Below are positions 41,946 to 52,046 of a stretch of DNA of 64,000 nt, piece after piece. The notes beneath the pieces were generated by a model, which saw nothing but the letters and a program-made list of their open reading frames with translations, was not told the origin of the DNA and made no database searches. Positions within the stretch are counted from its first letter, which is position 1; the number at the start of each line of letters is the position of its first letter. Source of the DNA: an uncultured Chloroflexia bacterium (GTDB taxonomy: Bacteria > Chloroflexota > Limnocylindria > Limnocylindrales > CSP1-4); NCBI GenBank assembly GCA_963734535.1, contig CAVTHS010000010.1, positions 128,001 through 192,000 on the forward strand. The letters run 5' to 3'. A program made the position numbers and the translations under genes.

Positions 41946-43456
41946 GCCGGCTCCCCTCCCCCGCCCTCGAGCCGCGCCCGGAGCGCGGCCTGGACGAGAG
42001 CCGCATTCGCCTGGCCCCGGGTCGCCTTCATCACCTGGCCGACGAGGAAGCCCGCCGCCTGGGCCTTCCCGGCGCGGTAGTCGGCGACGGCCGTCGGATT
42101 CGCAGCGAGCACGCCGTCGAGGATCGCGGCGAGCGCTCCGGAGTCGGAGATCTGGGCGAAGCCACGCTCGGCGATCAGCTCCGCCGCGGGCCGGCCGGAT
42201 TCCAGGTGCAGCGCCACGACCTCCTTGGCGTTCGGACGTGAGAGGTGGCCGGCGTGGACCTCGCGCAGGACGTGCACGAGCGACGCCGCGTCGGCACGGC
42301 CGACGAGGCCGCCCGCGGTCCGTTCCGGGCTCTCCTTGGCCACCCGGCCGTAGTCGCCGCTCACGAAGTTCGCGAGCTCCTTGGCGGGGAGGTCCGGGCC
42401 GGCCGCGCGCAGGGCCTCGAAGGCTGCGCTCATCGTCTCGTCCGCGACGATGACGGCCGCGTCGTACGGCGAGAGGCCAAGCTCGTCGCGATAGCGGGCC
42501 CGCCTGGCCGCGGGCAGCTCCGGGAGCCCGGCCCGGATCTCGGCGAGCCATTCGCGGTCCAGCTGGAGCGGCGGCAGGTCGGGCTCCGGGAAGTAACGGT
42601 AGTCGTCCGAGTCCTCCTTCACCCGCATCACGTAGGTGGCGCCCTTCGCGTCGTCCCAGCCACGCGTCTCCTGGCGGAGCGTCTCGCCGGCGTCGAGGGC
42701 AGCAGCCTGGCGCTCGATCTCGTGGGCGACCGCGCGCTCCACCGCGCGGAACGAGTTCATGTTCTTGACCTCGGTCCGGATCCCGAACGGTTCCGTGCCG
42801 CGGAGGCGCAGCGAGACGTTCGCCTCCACCCGCATCTGGCCGTTCTCCATCTCCGCGTCGGAGACGTCGATCGCGCGGAGCAGGAGCCGGAGCTCCTCCG
42901 CGTACCGGCGCGCCTGCTCGGCGCTCCGCACGTCGGGCTCGGTGACGATCTCCATCAGCGGCACGCTGGAGCGGTTGAAGTCCACGAGGCTCACGCGGCT
43001 CCCGTCGGGGCCTGCCGCGTGGACCAGCTTTGCCGTGTCCTCCTCCAGGTGCGCGCGCCGGATCCGGATCGTGATCGGACCCTCGGAGGTCAGGAACGTG
43101 AGCGAGCCGTCGGCAGCCAGCGGAAGGTCGTACTGGCTGATCTGGTACCCCTTCGGGAGGTCCGGGTAGAAGTAGTTCTTGCGGTCCCAGCGCGTGGTGG
43201 CAGGCGCGGCTGCCCCGATCGCGGCCCCGGTTGCCAGCACGTGCTCCACGGCCCGCCGGTTGAGGGTGGGAAGCGTGCCTGGCAGGCCCAGGCAGACCGG
43301 GCACGTGTGCGTGTTCGGGGCGGCGTCCGGGTGCGGGACCGCGCAGGCGCAGAACATCTTGCTCGCGGTCCGGACCTGGCAGTGCACCTCGATCCCGATG
43401 ACTGCCTCCCAACGGGTGGCGTCGGCCGCGCCCGGGAGCGTCGCGGCGCCGGTCAT
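41942..43456 (-). CDS. gatB: Asp/Glu-tRNA amidotransferase subunit B
   Basis: IGIEVH, RKNYFYPDLPKGYQISQ, HLEEDTAK, EVKNMNS, DYRYFPEPDLPP. Confidence 0.97.
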   Translation of the reverse strand: MTGAATLPGAADATRWEAVIGIEVHCQVRTASKMFCACAVPHPDAAPNTHTCPVCLGLPGTLPTLNRRAVEHVLATGAAIGAAAPATTRWDRKNYFYPDLPKGYQISQYDLPLAADGSLTFLTSEGPITIRIRRAHLEEDTAKLVHAAGPDGSRVSLVDFNRSSVPLMEIVTEPDVRSAEQARRYAEELRLLLRAIDVSDAEMENGQMRVEANVSLRLRGTEPFGIRTEVKNMNSFRAVERAVAHEIERQAAALDAGETLRQETRGWDDAKGATYVMRVKEDSDDYRYFPEPDLPPLQLDREWLAEIRAGLPELPAARRARYRDELGLSPYDAAVIVADETMSAAFEALRAAGPDLPAKELANFVSGDYGRVAKESPERTAGGLVGRADAASLVHVLREVHAGHLSRPNAKEVVALHLESGRPAAELIAERGFAQISDSGALAAILDGVLAANPTAVADYRAGKAQAAGFLVGQVMKATRGQANAALVQAALRARLEGGGGEPA

Positions 43457-43490
43457 GCGGACGTCGCCGTCATGCGGACGTCGCCGTCAC
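43452..43490. repeat. 17-bp tandem duplication spanning the gatB start codon
   Basis: GTCATGCGGACGTCGCC twice (43452-43468, 43469-43485) plus a partial GTCAC. Confidence 0.8.
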
Positions 43491-43618
43491 GCCGGCTGGG
43501 GGGTGTCAGGGTCACGGCGAGCATGCCACGCAGTGTCGCATAGGGCCCGTCCCTCCGCCGCTCCGGGCGGCCCCGTGGCCGCTCACGGCGACCCGGGCGG
43601 CCCCGCGACGGCCGATGC

Positions 43619-44614
43619 TCAGGCCGTGACCGACGGGCGCCCCCCGCAGGTGCCGTCGGCCCTGGGCGCAACGCAGCCCGCGAAGTGGCCCGCCTCGAGC
43701 TCGGCAAGACCAGACCCCGCGGGGCCGGCGAGACTCCCACCGGTCGCCCCGTCGGGCAGCGCCCCGTGGTAACGGCACGGCTCGGTCGGCCCCGGCGCCC
43801 AGCCCGATCCGGCCCGGACGCCGGCATCGATCTGTCCCCACTTCTCGTGGAGCCGGGGGACCGACGCGATGAGCATCCGGGTGTACGGGTGGATCGGGTG
43901 CCCGAAGACGGCCGCCGTGGCCCCCATCTCGACGATCCGTCCCCGACGCAGGATCACGGTTCGTTCGCTGATGTAGTTGCCGAGCGAGAGGTCGTGGGTG
44001 ATGAACAGGATCCCGAGGCCACGGGCCTTGAGATCGCCGAGCAGGTTCAGCACGTCGATCCGGGTCGACGCGTCGAGCATGCTGATGATCTCGTCGGCCA
44101 CGAGGTATCGCGTGTCGAGCAGCAAGGCCCGCGCGATGAGAAGGCGCTGCAGCTGCCCGCCACTCAGCTGGTGCGGGTACTTGTGGAGAACCTGGGCGGG
44201 ATCGAGGGTGACCGCCTCCAGCGCGTCCTCGAGGCGGCGCTGCCAGTCGGCGGTCGACGCCGATCCGAAGTAGACGCCCCGGATCAGGCCGAAGACGTGG
44301 TCCGCCTTGAAGATCGGGTTGAACGAGCTGAACGGGTCCTGGAAGACACCCTGGACGGTCTGGTAGTACGAGCGCAGCCCGGGCCCGCGGAGCGTCGCGA
44401 TGTCGGTCCCATCGTGGGTGATCGTGCCGCCGTTCACGGACAGCAGCCGCAGGATCATCTTGCCGATCGTGGACTTGCCGCTCCCGCTCTCGCCGATCAG
44501 CGAGATCACCTCGCCGGGCTGGAGCGAGAAGCTCACGTCGCGGACAGCCGGGAGGTCGGTCCCGCCGAAGAGGCCAACCTTGTAGGTCTTGGAGACCCGC
44601 TCGAGCGTCAGCAT
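43619..44614 (-). CDS. Opp/Dpp-type ABC ATPase (OppF-like)
   Basis: GESGSGKST, VFQDPFSSFNP, YPHQLSGGQLQR, HPYTRML. Confidence 0.92.
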   Translation of the reverse strand: MLTLERVSKTYKVGLFGGTDLPAVRDVSFSLQPGEVISLIGESGSGKSTIGKMILRLLSVNGGTITHDGTDIATLRGPGLRSYYQTVQGVFQDPFSSFNPIFKADHVFGLIRGVYFGSASTADWQRRLEDALEAVTLDPAQVLHKYPHQLSGGQLQRLLIARALLLDTRYLVADEIISMLDASTRIDVLNLLGDLKARGLGILFITHDLSLGNYISERTVILRRGRIVEMGATAAVFGHPIHPYTRMLIASVPRLHEKWGQIDAGVRAGSGWAPGPTEPCRYHGALPDGATGGSLAGPAGSGLAELEAGHFAGCVAPRADGTCGGRPSVTA

Positions 44615-45567
44615 CAGGAGGCCATCCAGCAGGCCACCGAGTGGCCGGGCTCGAGCTCCACGAAGGGGGGCTCCTCCTCCGCGCACCTCGCGATGGCGAT
44701 GGGACAGCGATCCCGGAACCGGCAGCCGGTCGGGGGGTTCAGCAGCGGCGGCGGCGTCCCGGGGATGCCCGTCAGGCGCTGCTCCTCGAAGCGCACGCCG
44801 ATCTCCGGGAGCGACGAGATCAGCAGGCGCGTGTAGGGATGGCGTGGACTCGACATGATCTCGTCGGTCGGGGCCTTCTCGGCCAGCTTGCCGGCGTACA
44901 TGATCGCCAGCGTGTTCGAGATCTGATAGAGGATCGAGACGTCGTGCGTGACCACGATCATGCTCTTGACGAAGCCCCGGTCGCGGAACTCGACGAGCGT
45001 CTGGGCGACTGCGCGCTGGCTCGACACGTCGAGGGCCGACGTGATCTCGTCGGCGATCAGCAGCGACGGGTCCAGGAGCGTCGAGAGCACCATCACCATC
45101 CGCTGCTTCATCCCGCCGGACAGCTCGATCGGGTATCGCTCCAGGACGTCTGGGCTGAGCCCCACGAGGACAAGCCGACGCTCGAGCTCCTCGCGGGCGT
45201 CGCGGAGGCGCACGCCCCGGGTTGCCAGGAGCTCCCCCACCATCTTCCCGATCTTGCGTGTCGGGTTCAGGGCGCTCATGGCGTACTGCGGGATGAGCGA
45301 GACCTCGGCGAACCGGAAGTGGTTCATCTCGGCCTGGTCGTCGATCGGGAGTGGGACCCCGTCGAGCGTGACCGTCCCGCCCACGTGACGCATCCGCCCC
45401 TCCATCCGGATGAGGCTGTTGCCGAGGGTCGACTTACCGCAGCCGGACTCGCCCGCGAGGCCCATGATCTCGCCGTCCGCGATGCCGAAGGTGACCCCGT
45501 CGAGGGCCTGGACGTCGCCGGCGAGCGTCCGGTAGTAGACGCGGAGGTCCGTTACCTGGAGGCTCAC
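44614..45567 (-). CDS. Opp/Dpp-type ABC ATPase (OppD-like)
   Basis: GESGCGKST, YPIELSGGMKQR, HPYT...GCRFRDRCP. Confidence 0.92.
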   Translation of the reverse strand: MSLQVTDLRVYYRTLAGDVQALDGVTFGIADGEIMGLAGESGCGKSTLGNSLIRMEGRMRHVGGTVTLDGVPLPIDDQAEMNHFRFAEVSLIPQYAMSALNPTRKIGKMVGELLATRGVRLRDAREELERRLVLVGLSPDVLERYPIELSGGMKQRMVMVLSTLLDPSLLIADEITSALDVSSQRAVAQTLVEFRDRGFVKSMIVVTHDVSILYQISNTLAIMYAGKLAEKAPTDEIMSSPRHPYTRLLISSLPEIGVRFEEQRLTGIPGTPPPLLNPPTGCRFRDRCPIAIARCAEEEPPFVELEPGHSVACWMAS

Positions 45568-46529
45568 GTGTTCCTCAGCTTGGGGTTGAAGACCTCGTCG
45601 AGGCCCACGTTGGTGATGTACAGCGCGCCGACGATGGCGGTGATCGCCACGCCGGGGGGGATGAACCACCACCACAGGCCGAGCTGGAGGGCGCTCCAGG
45701 CGACCGCGTCGTACATCATCAGCCCGAGGGACGACCCGGTCGTCGGACCCAGCCCGATGAAGTCCAGCGTGGCGGCGATCAGGATCGCTCCCCCGAAGAG
45801 CAGGATGAAGGTCAGGAACAGGTACGAGCTCATGTTCGGCGCGATCTCGCCGAAGACGATCCGCATGCCGCGGACGCCGCTCATGCGGGCGAGGCTCACG
45901 AACTCCCGTGACCGCAGGGAGAACGTCTGTGCGCGAATGGCCCGGGCGGCCCACGGCCACGACGTGAGGCCGATGAAGAGCGCTTCCACGACCACGCCGC
46001 GGGCCGACAGGTAGGCCGCCGCGACGAGGAGAAGGGCGAGGGTCGGGATCACGAGGACGACGTTCGTGATCATGTTCAGGACCTCGTCGACCCAGCCACC
46101 CCGGTATCCGGCCACGAACCCGACCGTCATCCCGATGATCGCCGCGAGCCCCCCGCCGAGCGCGCCGACGAGGAACGTGGAGCCGAGGCTGTAGACGAAC
46201 TGGGCGAAGATGTCCTGCCCGAATGAGGTGGTCCCGAACCACCAGTCGGCGGACGGCGAGGCGCCCAGGGGTCCGATGAGCGCATCCGGATCGCCCGGCC
46301 GGATGATCGGGCCGATCACGGCGAGGATGACGAAGAACGCGATGATCGCCAGGCCGATGATCACCTTCTTCGTTCGCAGCGCGAAATAGAGGATCTCGCC
46401 GCGGCGGCTCATCGGTCGTGGAGCGGGGCGCCCACCCACCGGGACCGCGCCGGGAACCGTCGGCACGCCCTGGGGGCCCTGCACGACGTCCGGGGCCGGC
46501 GCGCCCGCCGCGGGGACGCGGGTCGTCAT
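45564..46529 (-). CDS. Opp-type ABC permease (OppC-like)
   Basis: FGTTSFGQDI, ARAIRAQTFSLRSREFV, WWWFIPPG. Confidence 0.92.
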   Translation of the reverse strand: MTTRVPAAGAPAPDVVQGPQGVPTVPGAVPVGGRPAPRPMSRRGEILYFALRTKKVIIGLAIIAFFVILAVIGPIIRPGDPDALIGPLGASPSADWWFGTTSFGQDIFAQFVYSLGSTFLVGALGGGLAAIIGMTVGFVAGYRGGWVDEVLNMITNVVLVIPTLALLLVAAAYLSARGVVVEALFIGLTSWPWAARAIRAQTFSLRSREFVSLARMSGVRGMRIVFGEIAPNMSSYLFLTFILLFGGAILIAATLDFIGLGPTTGSSLGLMMYDAVAWSALQLGLWWWFIPPGVAITAIVGALYITNVGLDEVFNPKLRNT

Positions 46530-47524
46530 GCTTCTTCTCCGCTCATGGCGACCCGCACCCGCGGGTCCACGACCACGTAGGCGATGTCCACGATGAAGTT
46601 GGCGACGAGCACGCCGACGATGATGAAGAGGAAGATGCCCTGGAGCAGGAAGAAGTCCTGGTTCTGGATCGAGGCCAGCAGCAGCTTGCCCAGCCCCGGG
46701 TAGGAGAACACGATCTCCGTCACGAGCGCGCCGGCAACGACCACGCCCAGGCTCAATGCCAGCCCGGTGATCTGCGGCAGCATCGCGTTGCGGAACGCGT
46801 ACTTGCGCACGAGCCGGCTCGGCGCACCGAGCGCCTCGAGGTAGCGAGAGTAGTCGGCCTCGAGCTCATAGATGATCATGTTGCGCATCCCGATGGCCCA
46901 GCCGCCGAGCCCGACCAGGAAGAGCGAGGCGAAGGGCAGGACCCAGTGCGAGAAGAGGCTCCCGATGAACTTCCAGGTCAGGGCGGGCTCCAGCGAGTAG
47001 CTGTACCCGCCGGAGATCGGGAAGATGTTGAAGATGAAGCCAAGCACCCACGCAAGGACGATGGCGAGCCACATGTACGGCGTCGCGGTCAGCACGTAGC
47101 CGACCGGCAGGACCGTGTTGTCGAGCCACTTCCGGCGGGCGGCCCGCGCCCCGATCGTGTTCCCTACCCACCAGCTCAACAGGACGGCCGGGATGAGCAG
47201 GGCCAGGGTGTACGGGACGGCGCTGAGGATCACGCTCGTCACGGGCCGGCCGGTCAGGTAGACGCTGCGGCCGAGATCCCCGTGGAGCAAAGACACCCAG
47301 AAGTTGAAGTATTGCTCCCAGATCGGGCGGTTCAGCCCGAACAGGTTGTTGTAGTACGTGACGAGCGCCTGCGATCCCTCGGGGCTGAGCCCGAACCCGG
47401 TCCGGCTCACCAGGCTCTGGACCGGGTCCCCGGGCATGAAGCGCGGGATCAGCCAGTCGATCGTGGCCGCGATGAAGAACGTGGCCGCGTAGATGAGGAG
47501 CTTGCGCCCGAAGTAGCGTCGCAA
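46526..47524 (-). CDS. Opp-type ABC permease (OppB-like)
   Basis: IPRFMPGDP, GDLGRS, EIVFSYPGLG, DPRVR. Confidence 0.92.
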   Translation of the reverse strand: MRRYFGRKLLIYAATFFIAATIDWLIPRFMPGDPVQSLVSRTGFGLSPEGSQALVTYYNNLFGLNRPIWEQYFNFWVSLLHGDLGRSVYLTGRPVTSVILSAVPYTLALLIPAVLLSWWVGNTIGARAARRKWLDNTVLPVGYVLTATPYMWLAIVLAWVLGFIFNIFPISGGYSYSLEPALTWKFIGSLFSHWVLPFASLFLVGLGGWAIGMRNMIIYELEADYSRYLEALGAPSRLVRKYAFRNAMLPQITGLALSLGVVVAGALVTEIVFSYPGLGKLLLASIQNQDFFLLQGIFLFIIVGVLVANFIVDIAYVVVDPRVRVAMSGEEA

Positions 47525-47564
47525 TGGGTGTCCCCTGGGCGCCCGCCGACGGGCCGGGCGTGGA

Positions 47565-47597
47565 CGTCCCTCCCCCCGCAGCGCGGGGGGAGGGACG
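47565..47597 (-). terminator. Perfect 15-bp hairpin between the binding-protein and permease genes
   Basis: CGTCCCTCCCCCCGC-agc-GCGGGGGGAGGGACG. Confidence 0.7.
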
Positions 47598-47612
47598 GTT
47601 CTCGACGGACGT

Positions 47613-49412
47613 CTACTGGGCGGGCGGAACCGGCTTGAGCTCGGTGAGCATCAGGACGGCGCCAAGCTGCCAGTAACCATTCCATGTCGACGGGAGCCAG
47701 TGGTTGCTGCCGTCGGCGCTTGACGGCCAGTTGGTCCAGACCGCGTTGCTGACCTGGGACCACATGCCGTTGTACCACATGGGGATGACCGGAAGATCCG
47801 TAAGCTGGATCTTCTGGAGCTTCGAGGTGATCGCCTGCATCGCCGCGATGTCGGTGACCGGCGTCTTGTCAAGCTGCTGGACGAGGGCCCAGGCGTCAGC
47901 GTTCTCGTAACCGCCGTAGTTCCGGTTCTTGCCTGCACCCGTCATCAGGGGCATGTGGAAGATGTAGTCGTAGTAGGTCCACGGCGTGTTGCTGATCTGG
48001 ACCTCGTTGTTGATGACGAGGTCGAAGTCGCCGGCATTCCGCGCCGCGACGAGGCCGTTGTAGTCGAGAGGCTTGGACTCGACGTTGATCCCGGCGGCCT
48101 TCAGGCTCGTGATGATGATGTCGCGCGCCGCCTCCCAGTCCGACCAGCCGGTCGGCACCGAGATGGTGAGCTTGATCGGCGAGCCATCCTTGTTGGTGAC
48201 GAAGCCATCAGCGCCCGCCTTGTAGCCGGCCGCAGCCAGCATCGTCTTGGCCTTGGCGAGGTCGAACTTCGTGCCGAGGTCGGCCACGACGGCCTTGTCG
48301 ACGTACTTGTCCCACGAGGGGAGGAGGCCGGTCGGGTTGGCGGGGGCCACGATGTTGGCATAGGCGTTGCTGACGATCTGGGGGACGTTGATCGCCGTCG
48401 CGATCGCCTTGCGGAACGCCGGGTCGCTGGTGGGCGTCTTCTTGTCGTTCGTGACGAGCCAGGCCGTGTTGGCCGACAGCATGTACGGCGCCGCCGGATA
48501 GTAGGTCTTCACGTAGCCGCGATTGACGAGCTCGCCGATGCCCGGCAGGAAGTTGTTGCTCAGGTCGAGGCCGCCCTGGAGCACCATGCCGAGCGCGACG
48601 CTGTTGGCGCCGTTGACGATGTCGACGATGTACTTGGGCTTGACGTCCAGGTTGAGGGCCGTCTTGGCCCACCAGTTGTCGTTCTTGACCCAGACCATTC
48701 GGTCATCCGCATGGGTCTTGTACATGTAGGGGCCCGTCCCGACGCCGTTCTCGTTCGTGGTCTTGAGGATGTCCTCGTTTGCCAGAGACGACCAGACGTG
48801 CTTCGGGAGGATGGGGCTGTTGTAGGTCCAGGTCGCCCATTCCTGGTAGGCCGGATTGGAGAACTTGACCACGACCGTCGAGGCGTCTGTCGCCGTCGCG
48901 TCCGTGACGTAGGTCCACAGGTTGGAGCCGATGGCCTTGATCTTGGCGAGGCCGATCGTAAATGCCACGTCATCCGCCGTGAGCGGCTGGCCATCCGACC
49001 AGTTGACGCCCTGGCGGACCTTGATCGTATAGGTGGTCGGATCGGTCCACGACGCGCTCTCGGCGAGCCATGGCTTGAACTCGTCCTTCTGCGGGTCGTA
49101 CAGGAACAGGGTCTCGTACTGGAGGCCCACGGTCCCCATCGCCGCGTTCGGATCGAGCGGGTTCCAGGTGGACGGGGCGCCGTACTGCTTGCCGCTCGTG
49201 TAGAGCGTCTCGGCGCGCGGGTAGTCGACGACCGCGGCTTCCGAGGGCGCCGCGGACGGAGACGCGGGCGCAGACGGGGACGCCGCGGATGCGGCCGCGG
49301 ATGCGGCAGCCGACGGCGCGACGGACGGCGCCGTGGTGGCTCCGCTCGAGCAGGCCGTCGCCACCAGGCTCAGGACCGCGAGCAGGGCAACGATTCGATG
49401 CCTCTGTGCCAT
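47613..49412 (-). CDS. Family-5 ABC substrate-binding lipoprotein, cello-/manno-oligosaccharide-binding type
   Basis: VATAC lipobox; YPRAETLYTSGKQYGAPSTWNP, WSDGQPLTADDV, WW...KPKYI and VPTGWSDW recall the Thermotoga cellobiose-binding protein subfamily. Confidence 0.88.
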   Translation of the reverse strand: MAQRHRIVALLAVLSLVATACSSGATTAPSVAPSAAASAAASAASPSAPASPSAAPSEAAVVDYPRAETLYTSGKQYGAPSTWNPLDPNAAMGTVGLQYETLFLYDPQKDEFKPWLAESASWTDPTTYTIKVRQGVNWSDGQPLTADDVAFTIGLAKIKAIGSNLWTYVTDATATDASTVVVKFSNPAYQEWATWTYNSPILPKHVWSSLANEDILKTTNENGVGTGPYMYKTHADDRMVWVKNDNWWAKTALNLDVKPKYIVDIVNGANSVALGMVLQGGLDLSNNFLPGIGELVNRGYVKTYYPAAPYMLSANTAWLVTNDKKTPTSDPAFRKAIATAINVPQIVSNAYANIVAPANPTGLLPSWDKYVDKAVVADLGTKFDLAKAKTMLAAAGYKAGADGFVTNKDGSPIKLTISVPTGWSDWEAARDIIITSLKAAGINVESKPLDYNGLVAARNAGDFDLVINNEVQISNTPWTYYDYIFHMPLMTGAGKNRNYGGYENADAWALVQQLDKTPVTDIAAMQAITSKLQKIQLTDLPVIPMWYNGMWSQVSNAVWTNWPSSADGSNHWLPSTWNGYWQLGAVLMLTELKPVPPAQ

Positions 49413-49474
49413 TCGTGAACTCCTCCGTGATCCTCGCGATGTGCTCCCACCAGCGATGGGAGCGATCGAACGTC

Positions 49475-50485
49475 TCAGGGGCGCGTCACACCTCCCACCG
49501 TCGACTGGCGGATGACCAGCTCCGTCGGCAGGATCACGCGGCGCGGCGTGCCATCGCTGTCCGCCATGAGCTGGAAAAGCGTGCGCGCCGCCTCGGCACC
49601 CTGTTCACGAACGCCCTGGCGGACGGTCGTGAGCGGCGGGTCGAGGCGGGCGGCAAAATCGAGGTCGTCGAAGCCGGCTAGGGCGATGTCGTCGGGTACG
49701 CCGAGGCCCTGGGTGCGGATCGTCTCGAGGGCGCCCATCGCTGTTGCGTCGTTGGCGCAGAAGATCGCGTCGCAGCGGCGCTCGAGGAGCACCTCGGCCC
49801 CGGAGGCGCCGGAGGGCGAGTTGAAGTCGCCATCCACCATGAGGCCGTCTGTCGACAGCCCCGCCCGCTCCATCGCGCGTTGATAGCCGGTGATGCGATC
49901 CTCGGCCGCGACCGTGCCCCGCATCCCGGTGATGTGCCCGATGCGCGTGCGGCCGATCTGGATCAGGTGCGACGTCACGCTGTCCGCGGCGTGCACATGG
50001 TCGACGTCGACGTAGCTTGCGGTGCGATCGTGGCGACGGTGCCCCACGAGGACCGTCGGAAGGTCCGATGCGAGCAGGCCGTCGACGAGGGGGTCCTCGC
50101 GGTAGTGGGCGGTCACGATGACCCCGTCCACGAGGCCCATGGACAGGATGTTGTCGAGCGTCTCCTCCTTCGTGCGGTTCCCCAGCCACAGCATCATCCC
50201 GGCCGCCAGGTCGACGAACTCGTCGCTCATCCCCTGGAGCAGCTGCCCGAAGTACGCGTCCCGGAAGAGCAGGTGCGGATCGATGTGCATCACCACGCCG
50301 ACGACCCCGGAGCGCCCCGACGCGAGCGACCGGGCGGCGAGGTTGGGCCGGTACCCCGTCTCCGCGAGCATGTGCTCGACGCGGCGTCGGGTCTTGTCGG
50401 AGACCGAGCCGCCATTGATCACGCGCGAGACGGTCGCCCGCGACACCCCGCTCAGTCGCGCGAGCTCGTCGATGTTCGGTGCCAC
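49475..50485 (-). CDS. LacI-family transcriptional regulator
   Basis: NIDELARLSGVSRATVSRVING, YRPNLAARSL, AIFCANDATA, GFDD, PPLTTVRQ. Confidence 0.95.
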   Translation of the reverse strand: MAPNIDELARLSGVSRATVSRVINGGSVSDKTRRRVEHMLAETGYRPNLAARSLASGRSGVVGVVMHIDPHLLFRDAYFGQLLQGMSDEFVDLAAGMMLWLGNRTKEETLDNILSMGLVDGVIVTAHYREDPLVDGLLASDLPTVLVGHRRHDRTASYVDVDHVHAADSVTSHLIQIGRTRIGHITGMRGTVAAEDRITGYQRAMERAGLSTDGLMVDGDFNSPSGASGAEVLLERRCDAIFCANDATAMGALETIRTQGLGVPDDIALAGFDDLDFAARLDPPLTTVRQGVREQGAEAARTLFQLMADSDGTPRRVILPTELVIRQSTVGGVTRP

Positions 50486-50508
50486 CCGGTTGCCAGCCCT
50501 CGGTAGGA

Positions 50509-50524
50509 TTGGAAGCGCTTCCAA
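50509..50524. promoter_or_regulatory. LacI-family operator (perfect 16-bp palindrome)
   Basis: TTGGAAGCGCTTCCAA, with the central CG typical of LacI-family sites. Confidence 0.85.
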
Positions 50525-50553
50525 AAAGTACCGACCCGCAACCGCAATGTCAA
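50525..50553 (-). promoter_or_regulatory. Near-consensus sigma70 promoter for the lacI-ABC operon
   Basis: Minus strand TTGACA-17 nt-TACTTT, immediately followed by the operator. Confidence 0.8.
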
Positions 50554-50606
50554 GTCAATGCTGTACCATTCCCGGCGATGCGATCCCATCGCGTCACCAA
50601 TTTGAC

Positions 50607-50622
50607 ATGTACGCGCTTCCAA
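50607..50622 (+). promoter_or_regulatory. Second, imperfect LacI operator before the GH1 RBS
   Basis: ATGTACGCGCTTCCAA; a TACCAT -10 candidate at 50564-50569. Confidence 0.65.
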
Positions 50623-50637
50623 TCCGGAGGAGCAGGC

Positions 50638-51993
50638 GTGGAATCTCGATCCTTCCCAGGGGACTTCACGTGGGGTGCAGCGACGGCCTCGTACCAGATC
50701 GAGGGAGCCGTCCACGAGGACGGCCGCGGCGAGTCGATCTGGGACCGCTTCTCGCACACACCGGGCCGCGTCCTCGACGGTGACACCGGTGACGTGGCGT
50801 GTGACCACTACCACCGCTATCGCGACGACGTGGCCCTCATCGCCGGGCTCGGCCTCACGGCCTATCGCTTCTCGGTGTCGTGGTCGCGGGTGATCCCGGA
50901 CGGGACCGGCGCCGTGAACGAGCCGGGGCTCGACTTCTACGAACGGCTCGTCGACGAGCTGCTGGCCCACGACATCGCGCCGTTCCTGACGCTCTACCAC
51001 TGGGACCTGCCGCAGGCGCTCGAGGATGCCGGCGGATGGCCCGTTCGCGCGACGGCCGACGCGTTCGCCGACTATGCCGGGGTCGTTGCCGAGCGGCTCG
51101 GCGACCGGGTCCGCAGCATCGCCACCCTGAACGAGCCATGGGTTGTCGCCGATCACGGCTACCGCGTCGGAGCGCACGCCCCGGGGCGGCGCGATCCCGC
51201 GGCGGCGCTCGGTGCGGCCCACAACCTGCTGCTTGGGCATGGCCTGGGCATGCAGGCGATCCGCGCCGCCGCGCCCGCGATCCCGGCCGGGATCGTGCTG
51301 AACCTGGGGCCGCAGCATCCGGCGTCTTCGCACCCACTCGACGTGGAAGCGGCCGCGGCGGAGCATGACTGGCTCAATCGCTGGTTCCTCGACCCGCTCG
51401 TTGGACGGGCGTACCCCGCAGTCCCATCGTGGGCCGGTCGGAACGGTGTCGATGGCGTCCGTGATGGCGACATGGCGCTGATCGCCGCGCCGATCGATTT
51501 CCTCGGCGTCAACTACTACAGCAGGAACGTGGTCCGCGCGCCGGGACTGCCCCCGGTCGCCAGGATCGAGCCGACCGAGCGGACCGCGATGGGCTGGGAG
51601 GTCTACCCGGCCGGCCTCGTGGAGATCCTGGAGTTCGCGAGGTCGAGAACGGGTTCACTGCCGCTCTACATCACCGAGAATGGCGCGGCCTATGCGCTGG
51701 ACGCGGCGAACCCGGCGCGTGACCCCGAGCGTGTCGCATTCCTCAGCCGCCATCTCGACGCGGCGCTCGAGGCCATCGCGGCGGGCGTCCCGGTGCGCGG
51801 CTATTTCGTCTGGTCCCTGCTCGACAACTTCGAATGGGCCCAGGGCTATGGCCCGCGGTTCGGGATCGTTCATGTCGATTACGCGACGCTGGAGCGGCGC
51901 GTCCGCGACAGTGGCCGGTTCATGGGCGCGGTGGCTCGCTCCGGTCGGCTCCCACTCGACACCGGCACGCCGGACGCCAGCGGACGCGACTGA
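50638..51993 (+). CDS. GH1 beta-glucosidase
   Basis: [27 protein letters not shown] and YITENG catalytic motifs, WSLLDNFEW. Confidence 0.95.
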   Translation: MESRSFPGDFTWGAATASYQIEGAVHEDGRGESIWDRFSHTPGRVLDGDTGDVACDHYHRYRDDVALIAGLGLTAYRFSVSWSRVIPDGTGAVNEPGLDFYERLVDELLAHDIAPFLTLYHWDLPQALEDAGGWPVRATADAFADYAGVVAERLGDRVRSIATLNEPWVVADHGYRVGAHAPGRRDPAAALGAAHNLLLGHGLGMQAIRAAAPAIPAGIVLNLGPQHPASSHPLDVEAAAAEHDWLNRWFLDPLVGRAYPAVPSWAGRNGVDGVRDGDMALIAAPIDFLGVNYYSRNVVRAPGLPPVARIEPTERTAMGWEVYPAGLVEILEFARSRTGSLPLYITENGAAYALDAANPARDPERVAFLSRHLDAALEAIAAGVPVRGYFVWSLLDNFEWAQGYGPRFGIVHVDYATLERRVRDSGRFMGAVARSGRLPLDTGTPDASGRD

Positions 51994-52046
51994 GAACTGC
52001 TGCCAGCGATCCACCACCATCCCCGCCACGCGAAGAGGGACTCCCG

